This document shows, one piece after another, positions 51,926 through 61,429 of a DNA stretch of 64,000 nucleotides. The notes below the pieces were generated by a model, which ran no database searches, had not been told where the DNA came from, and was given only the letters and a program-made list of their open reading frames with translations. The position numbers and the translations under genes are program-made. Origin of the DNA: Alphaproteobacteria bacterium (GTDB taxonomy: Bacteria; Pseudomonadota; Alphaproteobacteria; JAAXGF01). The stretch spans positions 1,088,001 through 1,152,000 of the forward strand of contig CAUVXB020000001.1 of the NCBI GenBank assembly GCA_963555825.3, read 5' to 3'. The stretch's first letter is position 1. Each line of letters starts with the position of its first letter.

Positions 51926-52960
51926 GTGCAGTTCAGTCTTTTTATCTCATGCTACTATCCAGACACCGGCTATCCGGCCGAGCGGCTCTACGCCGACATG
52001 CTCGAGCAGGCGGTATTGGCCGAGGAGCTCGGCTTCAGCGGCCTGACCGTGCCCGAGCACCACTTCATCAACATCCTGATGAACCCCGGCCCCCTGCTGC
52101 TCGCCCTCAAGATCGCCGACGCGACCAAGAGAATTCCGATCCGCATCGCCGTGCTGGTGCTGCCCTTCCTCGACATGAAACGCCTGGCCGGCGAGATCGC
52201 GCTGACCGACTGTCTGACCGGCGGCCGGCTCGAGATCGGCGTCGGGCGCGGCGCCTTCGCCTATGAGTTCAAGCGCTTCGGCGTGTCGGTCGAGGACAGC
52301 CGGGCGCATTTCGATGAATCGCTGGCCGTGCTCGAGGCCCTGCTGGGCCGCGAGGAAGTGAGCTGGGACGGCGCCTACTACACGTTCGACACCCTGACGA
52401 CCATGCCGCGGCCGCTGCAACGCCCGAGCCCGCCGATCTGGATCGCGGCGCTGGCGCCGCCGGCGATCTATCACTCCGCGCTCAAGGGCTATCACATCAT
52501 GACGACGCCGCTCAGCGCGAGCGCCGAGACCATGCGCGAACAGGTCGAGGCGTTCAGCAAGGCTGCCGGCGAGCTCGAGGCGAAGGGTTCCGCCGTCCCT
52601 GGCTTCTCGCTGCTGCGCGTCGGCCGCGTCGCGCGCGACGCGGCCGACGCGCGGGCGAAGCAGCGCCTGGCGTACAGCTATTTCGAGCGCTTCTACAACG
52701 TTCGTACGCTGCGCGGCGAGGTCCGCGGCGGCGCCATCGAGCCGATCGAGCTCGAGGAAACCGTCGACGAGATGGCCGCCGCGCTGCTCGTCGGCACCAC
52801 CGACGACGTCATCGCCAAGCTCGAAACCTACGCGGCGCTCGGCATTCCCGAGATCAACCTCAACATGAACATCGGCGCGAGCCACCGTGAGACGATGGCC
52901 GCGATGGAACGCTTCGCGGCCGAAGTCATGCCGCATTTCGCCGCCGACCGCGCCGCCTGA
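51926..52960 (+). CDS. Luciferase-like (LLM) flavin-dependent oxidoreductase
   Basis: AEELGF, PEHHF, GRLEIGVGRG, PPIWIA; GTG start. Confidence 0.9.
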   Translation: MQFSLFISCYYPDTGYPAERLYADMLEQAVLAEELGFSGLTVPEHHFINILMNPGPLLLALKIADATKRIPIRIAVLVLPFLDMKRLAGEIALTDCLTGGRLEIGVGRGAFAYEFKRFGVSVEDSRAHFDESLAVLEALLGREEVSWDGAYYTFDTLTTMPRPLQRPSPPIWIAALAPPAIYHSALKGYHIMTTPLSASAETMREQVEAFSKAAGELEAKGSAVPGFSLLRVGRVARDAADARAKQRLAYSYFERFYNVRTLRGEVRGGAIEPIELEETVDEMAAALLVGTTDDVIAKLETYAALGIPEINLNMNIGASHRETMAAMERFAAEVMPHFAADRAA

Positions 52961-53025
52961 GTCGGCCGGCGGCAATCCGCCGACGCAACGAAACAACACC
53001 CCATCACCTCGCAAATCATCTCTTA

Positions 53026-54668
53026 ACCGACATTCCCCATATACCATCCAAATTCGTGGAAATCGTACCACTTTCCCACCGCCAAGGGAACTGTATCCCC
53101 TATGCAGCCATCCGATGGCATGATTTTGGTAATCGGCCCGCGCTTGGAAGGCCACTCGGTCATTTTTCTCGCCATCCAGACACACCTCTCCTGTCGCTTT
53201 CTCCTCGCCGTCGATTCCCTCGGCCTACGCCGGAGCGGGTCTTCGTCGCAGATCATCAATCAAGCTCAGGATTTTCCGGAACAGGTCCCTCGGCACCGCC
53301 ACCTCAGCCAATTGGAACGTAACGTAGCGGCCATGTCGGACAACCTTGGCCCCGATCTTCACCAGCTTGTCGCGCAACGTCGTCATCGACCAGTGCTCCA
53401 CCTCCTTCGGCAAAGCCAGTGTCCTCATGAAGTTGCCCAGATTGTAGGCCAGGGCGTGAAGCTGGAGCCGAACGGCATTGTTGCGGAACTTGCGACATGA
53501 CAGACGGGTCCAGTTGATGGCGTTCTTGCCTTCCTTGATGTGCTGCTCCGCCGTGCCACGGTGATTATAGAACGCCACCACCCGCTTGGTAGGGCGCGAC
53601 AGATTAGTGACGATGAAACCGACGCGAGGAACCAGCTCGCCGGGGTGCCACTCCACTTTGGCCACGACACGGCGCTTCTTGTTCCACGATCCGGCCTGAT
53701 AGCTGAAGCTGGCGTGGAAACGGCGAACATGGTCGGGCGGGCGACCGACAGGTCGCGTAAGCAGATGGGCAATGTTCCGCTGGAGAATCGCGTTCGCTTT
53801 GAGGCGGATGACGTAGAGTAATCCCTCGGCTTCGAGATATTCGTATATCTCCGGTGAGGCGAAGGCGGCATCGCCACGAAAATACAGCCGCACCTTCCTT
53901 TCCTTATAGCGCATCACCACCGGCTCCAGAACATTCCGCCATCCGTCGGCACTGTGAACATTACCGGGGCGCAGGGAACATCTCTCCAAGTCGCCGAACT
54001 GGTTGAACAGGAATAGCGGATGCTAGCAGGTACAGCCGAAGTGACCATTGTACGCTGTTCCCTCTTGTTCGCCATGGGTCGGGCTGACGCTGCTGTCCAT
54101 GTCGAGAATGATCATCTTCGGCGGATGGCGGTCATGAACCTTGTCGATCCACACCCCGTTCATGTCGACCAAGGCTTCAACGTTCTCGTCGGTGGCCAAT
54201 AGCTCCGTCTCGAAGCGTCCCATCTGGCTGGTGGAAGCGGCCTGTCTTTCGATGGCCTTGCCGCCAACAATCCAGCGCATGGCGGGATCGCGTCCCAGAC
54301 GGTCGGCGTCGTTCACATCGTCATAGCCGCCAAGGCGCCCGAAAACGGACTGGCGAAACTGACCCGTCATGCCGTGCCATCCGTTCTTGCCGGTACGGCT
54401 ATCCTGGAAAACACCCTCGGCCATCTCAGTCAGGCCGAGGGCATCGTCAAGCTCCCGGTAGGCGAGCAACCCGGCATCAGAGGTGATCTTGGAACCGTGG
54501 AATTCAAGCTTCAATCGACGGTCAAAAACGACCCGAAGGCACCCCGGTTTCGATTCACCCATCGGGTGTGCCATATCCGCCGCTCCATGTATGCTACAAC
54601 TTCATGATTCTTATAGCAGAATCGCCTTCTCGCCGCACTGAATATCGACGATACTTGGGAAATGCGGG
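53026..54668 (-). mobile_element. IS1380-family element
   Basis: Imperfect TIRs CCGACATTCCCCA / TGGGAAATGCGGG; CTTA on both flanks (53022-53025, 54669-54672); left end +/-1 nt. Confidence 0.88.
53225..54574 (-). pseudogene. IS1380 transposase with in-frame TAG at about 54023-54025
   Basis: GCTC*HPLF here vs GCTCYHPLF (TAC) in the copy at window start; RGDAAF, YNHRGTAEQHIKEGK. Confidence 0.9.
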
Positions 54669-55082
54669 CTTATTTAGTCTCCTATTTTTCACAATGACCT
54701 CACTAAGCCTAAGTGTCTGCTTCTTTCTTGGGCTCGATAACGTTGTGCAACTAGCCCTAATAGGCGCGTGGCTTAAACTTTACCACCATGTTACTTTATC
54801 GCTGCTTGCCGAAAACATGGAAACAGTTACCAATAAGACGCCTCACAAAGATGGAAAAAGTCGGACGGATCATTAGTGCCGTGACCTGACATATTGCCGT
54901 CCGCGTCAGGGGGCGTGCCGACACTAACGGTCAACACGCCCTTGCCCGCCTTGAAGGTGTCTGACCCCATTATATTTTCATTGGATCTGCCATTGGATTC
55001 GGCTCGGAGAATGCGGTCGTTGGGGTCCGATTTCCGATAGTGGATTGGTCGGGGGAGCCCCGTTGGCGGCGCCAGGCGCGGT

Positions 55083-56069
55083 TCAGTCCGTGCCCTGGCC
55101 AGCGCCGAGACCGAGTGTCTTGTCGGCGCCGTGGGCTTGGCGGTAGCGCAGCTCGGCATAGTCGCCGTATGCGATCGGCGCGTGCTTGGGCGGATCGTCG
55201 GGCCCGTGGAACGGCGCAAGGCACTCGATCACCGCGTCCCGATTCAGGTTATGGAAGAAGGCGATCGACTGGCGCCGGCACGAGCCCCGCGCGTCGGGCG
55301 GCGGGTTGACGACGCGGTGCAGCGTCGACACCCAGCGGTCGTTGGTCCAGCGCATCATCGCATCACCGATGTTGACGACGAAGCCGTCCGCGACCGCGGG
55401 CACGCCAAGCCACGCGCCCGCGCGGTTCAGCACCTGTAGGCCGCCGGGCTTGTCCTCGCTGCGCAGAATCGTCAAGACGCCGTAATCGGTGTGTGCGCCG
55501 GCGCGCAACTGGCCGGGCAACGGCGCGATGCCGGTATCGGGATAGTCGAGCACGCGGAGCGTCGACATGTGGTCGTCGAACTTGTCGTCGAGGTAGTCGG
55601 CCGGCAAGCCGACCGCCGCCATGAAGATGCCGCGGATATCGCCGGCCAGCCCGCTCAGCGCCCGATAATAGTCGTGCCACGCCGCCTCGAGCCCGGCCGG
55701 TTCGCCAGGCCAGGCGTCGCCCCAGAAATGCGGCCCGTAGTCGAGCGATTCCTTGAGGTCGCCGGGCGTCGCCTCGCCCCGGGTGCCGGCCAGGTGCTCG
55801 GCTTCGAAGCCGAAGTGCATGAGGCCGCCGCGCAGCGTACCGGTCTCCGCCACCCGTGCCTTCTGCTCGGGCGGCAGGTCGAAGAACGCGCGCGAGGTGT
55901 CGTACATGCGCGCGATCAGCGCGTCGGGCACGCCATGGCCGGTGACGACGAAGAAGCCGATTTCCTCGCAGGCGGCCCTAACGGCATCGACGACGCCCTC
56001 GGACGACGCCGGATCGCCGGCCGTGAAGCCCGACATATCGATGATCGGGATGAATACCTGTTCGGTCAT
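55083..56069 (-). CDS. Isopenicillin N synthase-like 2OG-Fe(II) oxygenase
   Basis: GFFVVTGHG, HTDYG, STLHRV, RQS. Confidence 0.9.
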   Translation of the reverse strand: MTEQVFIPIIDMSGFTAGDPASSEGVVDAVRAACEEIGFFVVTGHGVPDALIARMYDTSRAFFDLPPEQKARVAETGTLRGGLMHFGFEAEHLAGTRGEATPGDLKESLDYGPHFWGDAWPGEPAGLEAAWHDYYRALSGLAGDIRGIFMAAVGLPADYLDDKFDDHMSTLRVLDYPDTGIAPLPGQLRAGAHTDYGVLTILRSEDKPGGLQVLNRAGAWLGVPAVADGFVVNIGDAMMRWTNDRWVSTLHRVVNPPPDARGSCRRQSIAFFHNLNRDAVIECLAPFHGPDDPPKHAPIAYGDYAELRYRQAHGADKTLGLGAGQGTD

Positions 56070-56311
56070 GATATCCGATGGTCCCGCCGGCGTGCAAAAT
56101 GCCAGCCATTGCGCGGCGCCACACACGAAGCTATGTGGCGCGCCGGTATGATCCGACACCGTCCCAATTATCAGATATCGGCGTGAGATCAACCCGCAAA
56201 TAATTGACAAACAGGAATTTTTAGCCAATGATTATTGTCTGGTATAAGCCAGGCAAGGCCAATCGACCCGGCAAAATAAAAACGTTTTTGCGCATAGTGG
56301 GGACCCTCGAC

Positions 56312-56563
56312 ATGCCTTCTGACACGATTCCATTTCCCAAAGAAATCAAACCGACAACGCGTGACATTGGACTGAGCGACGCCCAGATCGCGGAAAAGAT
56401 CCAGCTCGCGGTCGCACAGATTCAGGATACCATGGACGCGGCCCTGATGGCCGGGCTGATTGTCGAGCCGAGCTTCAATCAGGTCGAGAATCGTCAGACA
56501 CCCTGGGGCGTGCGTATCGATTCCTTCGTCTGCCACGTCCGCACCTACCGCAGACTCACCTAA
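56312..56563 (+). CDS. Small hypothetical protein
   Basis: 83-aa ORF with host-like codon usage. Confidence 0.55.
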   Translation: MPSDTIPFPKEIKPTTRDIGLSDAQIAEKIQLAVAQIQDTMDAALMAGLIVEPSFNQVENRQTPWGVRIDSFVCHVRTYRRLT

Positions 56564-56570
56564 CATTCGG

Positions 56571-56807
56571 TTAGCCACCCTTGATCGGCGGGAAGACGAT
56601 CAGCGCATCGCCTTGTGCGAGCCTGCGTCCTGCACGCTCGGCGACCCTCACGATCTCACCATTGACCAGCGTGACATAGGACTCGGCGGCCGGCAGGTCG
56701 AGCGCGGTCAAGGCGTCGGCCGTCGTCGCGCCGGGCGCCAGCTCGAGCATGGCCCCGACGTCGCCGAAGGCCGACACTGGCACGACGGCGATCAGGATGA
56801 CAATCAT
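56571..56807 (-). CDS. MoaD/ThiS-like sulfur carrier
   Basis: LVNG and C-terminal VFPPIKGG. Confidence 0.8.
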   Translation of the reverse strand: MIVILIAVVPVSAFGDVGAMLELAPGATTADALTALDLPAAESYVTLVNGEIVRVAERAGRRLAQGDALIVFPPIKGG

Positions 56808-56850
56808 GAAGACCCAGCGAATGGCCGAGGTTAACTCGATAACGCGGTGC

Positions 56851-57312
56851 CTACAGCGACACGATATTGAACCGACTGACGGCGCTCGTCATCCAGCTTC
56901 CCTCGTACTGATTGCCGCGCTGACGCGACAGCATGAAGCGATAACCCAGATACTGGCCATCCTTCGATTGGAGGATAACGTCCACCTGGGCGAAGTCGCC
57001 CTCGACATTGACGTTTTGGTACTCGGCGCTGCGATGATCGACCATCGGTCCGTATACCGGGTTACGCACCATCGCCTTGAACCGCTCAAGCGGGCCGGTC
57101 ATGCGCTTGTTCGTCGGCGAGGCGAAGTTGAACGTCACCTCGATGCCCCTGTCTTCATAGGGGGTGTCGTTATGTTGCAGCGCCTCGATCTGAATGCTCA
57201 CCACGTCCTGAGGCGACAGTGATGGGTCCGGCTCCGTCTGTGGGAGGTGGGTGGCCTCTGCCTGCGCGGCGAGCACGACGAGCAACGCGGTGATCCCCAG
57301 GAGTTGTTTCAT
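56851..57312 (-). CDS. Exported DUF4864-like protein
   Basis: Signal peptide; VSIQIEAL, FASP, RFKAMVR...YGPM. Confidence 0.7.
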   Translation of the reverse strand: MKQLLGITALLVVLAAQAEATHLPQTEPDPSLSPQDVVSIQIEALQHNDTPYEDRGIEVTFNFASPTNKRMTGPLERFKAMVRNPVYGPMVDHRSAEYQNVNVEGDFAQVDVILQSKDGQYLGYRFMLSRQRGNQYEGSWMTSAVSRFNIVSL

Positions 57313-57421
57313 GGTGCTGACCCCAAGCCCGATTTGCACGTTAGCCCCACGCGCTCATTCGGCGAATGCTGCGTCACCACCGCCTACAGTCGGCCAATTC
57401 GGTCGAGCCTGCCCCCCGCAT

Positions 57422-57571
57422 CTATCTGTTTTTGTCCGCCGCCACTAATGCATCGAGGTACTGAAAGTAGAGCTGCACGCCCTTTTCGGGCGTAATTTTC
57501 TGCCTTGGTAGGGCGGCCAAGGCGCATGCCGCCATAGCCGCGGCCGCATTTTGAAGATGTTGATCGGCCAT
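57422..57571 (-). CDS. Small hypothetical protein (49 aa)
   Basis: GGGAGG RBS before ATG 57571. Confidence 0.4.
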   Translation of the reverse strand: MADQHLQNAAAAMAACALAALPRQKITPEKGVQLYFQYLDALVAADKNR

Positions 57572-57645
57572 CGTTGCCTCCCTCGGTTGCTGACGCGCCG
57601 ATGGTAGGGGCGCGGTGGGCGCGAGTCGATGCTCGGCGCGGGTGA

Positions 57646-57837
57646 TCAAGCGAAGATCAGCTTGTTGGCGGGGTCGAGCGGATCGACGCGCGCGTCGACT
57701 TCGGCGGCGAGGTACTTGATCGCCAAGCCGTGCTGGCCCAGGTAGCGCTCGGCCCAGTTGCGGTTCAGCGGCTCGCTGGCGGAGCTACCCGCGCCCAGAT
57801 CGACGCGCAGGATATTACCGGCCCAACCCGTACTCAC
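57646..57837 (-). pseudogene. N-terminal remnant of an aldehyde:ferredoxin oxidoreductase-family gene
   Basis: GWAGNILRVDL...YLGQHGLA...VDPLDPANKLIFA then stop; RBS plus GTG start. Confidence 0.75.
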
Positions 57838-57950
57838 ACTCCCTCTATAATTTTTGAAAAATCCGCGCACTCCCGACACATCCAGGAGTTCCTGGTTATC
57901 CAACTCCTGCCCGCCGAACCTTAATTCGTTAAGTGATTCAGTGGGTTAAA

Positions 57951-58027
57951 TGGCGCGCCCTGCAGGATTCGAACCTGCGACCTGCGGCTTAGAAGGCCGC
58001 TGCTCTATCCAACTGAGCTAAGGGCGC
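57951..58027 (-). tRNA. tRNA-Arg(TCT)
   Basis: Cloverleaf; anticodon arm GCGGC-CTTCTAA-GCCGC; GTTCGAATC; encoded CCA. Confidence 0.97.
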
Positions 58028-58081
58028 ATCGATGGCCGGCGTGGCGCCATGATAGCATAGCGGCCCGCTACGGGCGCCCGC

Positions 58082-58399
58082 CTATTGAACGCGGTCGTAT
58101 CTGAAATTGTCGGAATACGACTTGGGCCGGATGACGCGTTCCTTGGGTTCGGCGACGCGATAGCCCAGACCGTTGCGCTCGGCGAAGGCGACCGCGTCGT
58201 CGCGCGTCGCGAAGCGCATGCATACCTGGCCGCGCGTGTCGGGCGAACTGGTCCAACCCATCAGCGGCTCGGTCGCGCGCGGCGAGGCCGGCTCGAACTC
58301 CAGAACCCAGTGCTTGGTGTCCGCGATGCCCGATTGCATGGCCGTCTTGGCCGGGCGGTAGATGCGTACGTCGATCAACTTGGGCCTCCGCTCGTTCAC
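58082..58399 (-). CDS. ETC complex I subunit (NDUFS4-like)
   Basis: RIYRPAKTAMQSG, EPLMGWTSS, KSYSDNF. Confidence 0.92.
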   Translation of the reverse strand: MNERRPKLIDVRIYRPAKTAMQSGIADTKHWVLEFEPASPRATEPLMGWTSSPDTRGQVCMRFATRDDAVAFAERNGLGYRVAEPKERVIRPKSYSDNFRYDRVQ

Positions 58400-58502
58400 C
58401 CCGATCTATAGCCGCCCGACGACGCCCGGACAAGCCCCGCAATTCACCGCCGCGAGGCTGCCAGGTCGAAAGTAGGGTTCAGCCGTGAGGCGATGATGAA
58501 TC

Positions 58503-58579
58503 TGGTCGGGGCGGCCGGATTCGAACCAGCGACCCTCTGCTCCCAAAGCAGATGCGCTACCAGGCTGCGCCACGCCCCG
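58503..58579 (-). tRNA. tRNA-Pro(TGG)
   Basis: Cloverleaf; anticodon arm TCTGC-TTTGGGA-GCAGA; encoded CCA. Confidence 0.97.
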
Positions 58580-58763
58580 ATGCGCGGAAACTAAGGGCTT
58601 TCCGGCCGGCTGACAAGGCCGGTGAAGCGCGAGCCCCGGCCGGCGATCGCCGAGGACAGCACGCTGGCGCCCGACCGACTATCGGCTCGCGATCCCGCTG
58701 CCGACCCGATACGTCAATGCCGACAACATGGGCCAATCCTGGCCATCATACCGGAGGCTGGGC

Positions 58764-59219
58764 TCAGGTCCCGGCCGTGTCCGGCGGTTGCAGCGCGACG
58801 GCTTCGAGATTCGCTTCGCTGGTCGTGCGCGGCAAGTCGTCGTCGATGTTGAACCAGGGGATCCGGCTCTCGACGCCGCAGTGCCAGCGGGGCGTCACGC
58901 GCGCAGGCTCGTCGAGGCTCGGGATGCGGACGAACACCGAGCCCTGCCAGCCGACCGCGAAGGGACGGTAATACAGCGCCGAACCGCAGTCGGCGCAAAA
59001 GCCGCGCTCGCCGTGTTCCAGCGCGGCGTAGAATCGCGGCGCGCCCTGGAGCAAGCGGAATGCATCACTCGGGAATCGCGCGGTAGCGTTGACCGGCGCG
59101 CCGGCGGCGCGCTGGCAGATACGGCAGTGGCAGTAATAGGCATCAGTTGGCGGCGCGGTGATCTCGTAACGGATCGCGCCGCACTGGCAACCGCCAGTGA
59201 ACGCCTGCTCGGCCGCCAT
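58764..59219 (-). CDS. GFA/CENP-V family Zn protein
   Basis: GGCQCG, CHCRICQ, FCADCGS. Confidence 0.9.
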   Translation of the reverse strand: MAAEQAFTGGCQCGAIRYEITAPPTDAYYCHCRICQRAAGAPVNATARFPSDAFRLLQGAPRFYAALEHGERGFCADCGSALYYRPFAVGWQGSVFVRIPSLDEPARVTPRWHCGVESRIPWFNIDDDLPRTTSEANLEAVALQPPDTAGT

Positions 59220-59222
59220 GGT

Positions 59223-59903
59223 TCACCCCGCCCTTTCGATGACCTCGACGCCGTCGTCGCGGCCGATCACCGCGGCGTCGGCCATGCCGACGAACAGGCC
59301 GTGCTCGACGACGCCGACGATGCCGGTCAGCGCGCGCGCCAGGGCGGGCGCATCGTCGATCGCGCCATAGGCGCAGTCGAGCAGATGGTGGCCCTCGTCG
59401 GTCACCATGGCATCGCCGCCCGCCACCCGACGCAACACCGGCTTGGCGCCCTCGGCCTCGAGCCGGGCGGTGACGACCGCCAAGGCAAACGGCGTCACTT
59501 CGACCGGCAGGGCAAAGCCGCCGAGGCGCTTCACCAGCTTGGTCTCGTCGGCGATGATGACGTAGCGGTCGCTCACCGAGGCGACGATCTTCTCGCGCAG
59601 CAGCGCGCCGCCGCCGCCCTTGATCAGATCGAGGTTCGGGCCGATCTCGTCGGCGCCGTCGATCGTGAGGTCGAGGCGCGTCACCCGGTCGAAGCCGACC
59701 AAGGGTATGCCGCACTCGGCCGCCAGCGCCTCGGTCGCCCGCGATGTCGGCACGCCTTGGACACGCAGGCCGCCCCTCACCCGCTCGCCCAGCAGGCGCA
59801 CCAGATGCGCCGCGGTCGAGCCGGTGCCGAGGCCGAGCACCATGCCGTCCTCGACATAGTCCAGGCTGCGTTCCGCGGCGCGCCGCTTGCCAACGTCGGC
59901 CAT
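59223..59903 (-). CDS. rpiA: Ribose-5-phosphate isomerase A
   Basis: [24 protein letters not shown]. Confidence 0.96.
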   Translation of the reverse strand: MADVGKRRAAERSLDYVEDGMVLGLGTGSTAAHLVRLLGERVRGGLRVQGVPTSRATEALAAECGIPLVGFDRVTRLDLTIDGADEIGPNLDLIKGGGGALLREKIVASVSDRYVIIADETKLVKRLGGFALPVEVTPFALAVVTARLEAEGAKPVLRRVAGGDAMVTDEGHHLLDCAYGAIDDAPALARALTGIVGVVEHGLFVGMADAAVIGRDDGVEVIERAG

Positions 59904-60030
59904 GACGATTCCCCTCCGGCGCGCAGCCTCGCACGGCGGCCCGCCGCCGACAATAGCGCGCGACTTGAGATTCGCGGCGATTCGCCGCACATTGCGCCAT
60001 CGGACACCGTCAATCCAAACGAAGCGCTCC

Positions 60031-61392
60031 ATGACACAGCACACCACGCCCGTTCATGTCGTCGGCGGCGGCCTCGCCGGCGCCGAGGCCGCCTGGCAGC
60101 TCGCCCGCGCGGGCGCACCCGTGGTGCTGCACGAGATGCGGCCAGAGCGGGGGACGGAAGCGCATGTCACCGACCAGCTCGCCGAGTTGGTCTGCTCGAA
60201 CTCGTTTCGCTCGGACGACGCCGAACGCAACGCGGTCGGGCTGCTGCACGAAGAGATGCGCCGCTGCGGTTCGCTGATCATGGCGGCGGGCGACACGCAT
60301 CAGGTGCCGGCCGGTGGCGCGTTGGCGGTCGACCGTGAAGGCTTCGCCGCCGCCGTCGAGAGCGCGCTCGAGGCCGAGCCGCTGGTCGAAATTCGCCGCG
60401 CGGAGGTCACCGGTCTGCCGCCTGAAGACTGGGGGCTCTCGATCATCGCCACCGGCCCCCTCACCTCGCCCGCGCTGGCCCAAGCGATCGGCGCGGCGAC
60501 CGGCGAGGACAGCCTCGCCTTCTTCGATGCCATCGCGCCGATCGTCCACAAGGACTCGATCGATTTCGACGTCGCCTGGTTCCAATCGCGCTACGACAAG
60601 GAAGGCCCGGCCGGCGACGCCGCGGCCTACGTCAACTGCCCGCTCGACCGCACCCAATACGAAGCGTTCATCGACGCGCTGCTCGCCGGCGACAAGACCG
60701 AATTCAAGGACTGGGAGAAATCGACGCCCTATTTCGAGGGCTGCCTGCCGATCGAGGTGATGGCCGCGCGCGGCCGCGAGACGCTGCGCTTCGGGCCGAT
60801 GAAACCGGTCGGCCTGACCAATCCGCGCCGCCCCGAAGACAAGCCCCACGCCGTCGTCCAGCTGCGCCAGGACAACGCGCTCGGCACGCTCTACAACATC
60901 GTCGGCTTTCAGACCAAGCTGACCTACGGCGCCCAGGCGGATATCTTCCGCGCCATCCCGGGCCTCGGGGACGCGCGATTCGCGCGGCTCGGCGGCATCC
61001 ACCGCAACACCTTCCTGAACAGCCCCAAGCTGCTCGACGCCGAGCTGCGCCTGAAGGCGCGACCCGACATCCGTTTCGCCGGCCAGATCACCGGCGTCGA
61101 GGGCTACGTCGAGAGCGCGGCGATCGGCATCCTCGCCGGGCGCTTCGCCGCGGCCGAGCGTGACGGGCGCCACCAGACGCCGCCACCAACGACGACCGCG
61201 CTGGGCGCGCTCCTGAACCACATTACCCGGGGCGCCGACGCCGCCACCTTCCAACCGATGAACGTCAACTTCGGCCTGTTCCCGCCGCTCGACGGCCGGA
61301 TCGGCAAGAAGCAGCGCAAACCGGCCATGGCTCGCCGCGCGCTGGCTGACCTCGACGCCTGGCTCGGCGGCCAGCGGGCGGCGGCCGAATAA
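60031..61392 (+). CDS. trmFO: FAD/folate-dependent tRNA m5U54 methyltransferase
   Basis: [36 protein letters not shown]. Confidence 0.95.
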   Translation: MTQHTTPVHVVGGGLAGAEAAWQLARAGAPVVLHEMRPERGTEAHVTDQLAELVCSNSFRSDDAERNAVGLLHEEMRRCGSLIMAAGDTHQVPAGGALAVDREGFAAAVESALEAEPLVEIRRAEVTGLPPEDWGLSIIATGPLTSPALAQAIGAATGEDSLAFFDAIAPIVHKDSIDFDVAWFQSRYDKEGPAGDAAAYVNCPLDRTQYEAFIDALLAGDKTEFKDWEKSTPYFEGCLPIEVMAARGRETLRFGPMKPVGLTNPRRPEDKPHAVVQLRQDNALGTLYNIVGFQTKLTYGAQADIFRAIPGLGDARFARLGGIHRNTFLNSPKLLDAELRLKARPDIRFAGQITGVEGYVESAAIGILAGRFAAAERDGRHQTPPPTTTALGALLNHITRGADAATFQPMNVNFGLFPPLDGRIGKKQRKPAMARRALADLDAWLGGQRAAAE

Positions 61393-61429
61393 ACCGGGGC
61401 CGGTATTCACGACGAAAACACAAGCGACG

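Noticed and set aside
54023-54025. In-frame TAG as pyrrolysine or programmed readthrough
   Set aside because: The homologous IS1380 at the window start has TAC (Tyr) here; a simple nonsense mutation, and no pyl genes are seen.
57951-58579. Prophage or ICE integrated at the tRNAs
   Set aside because: No integrase or phage genes, and I did not notice a duplicated tRNA 3' end in the window.
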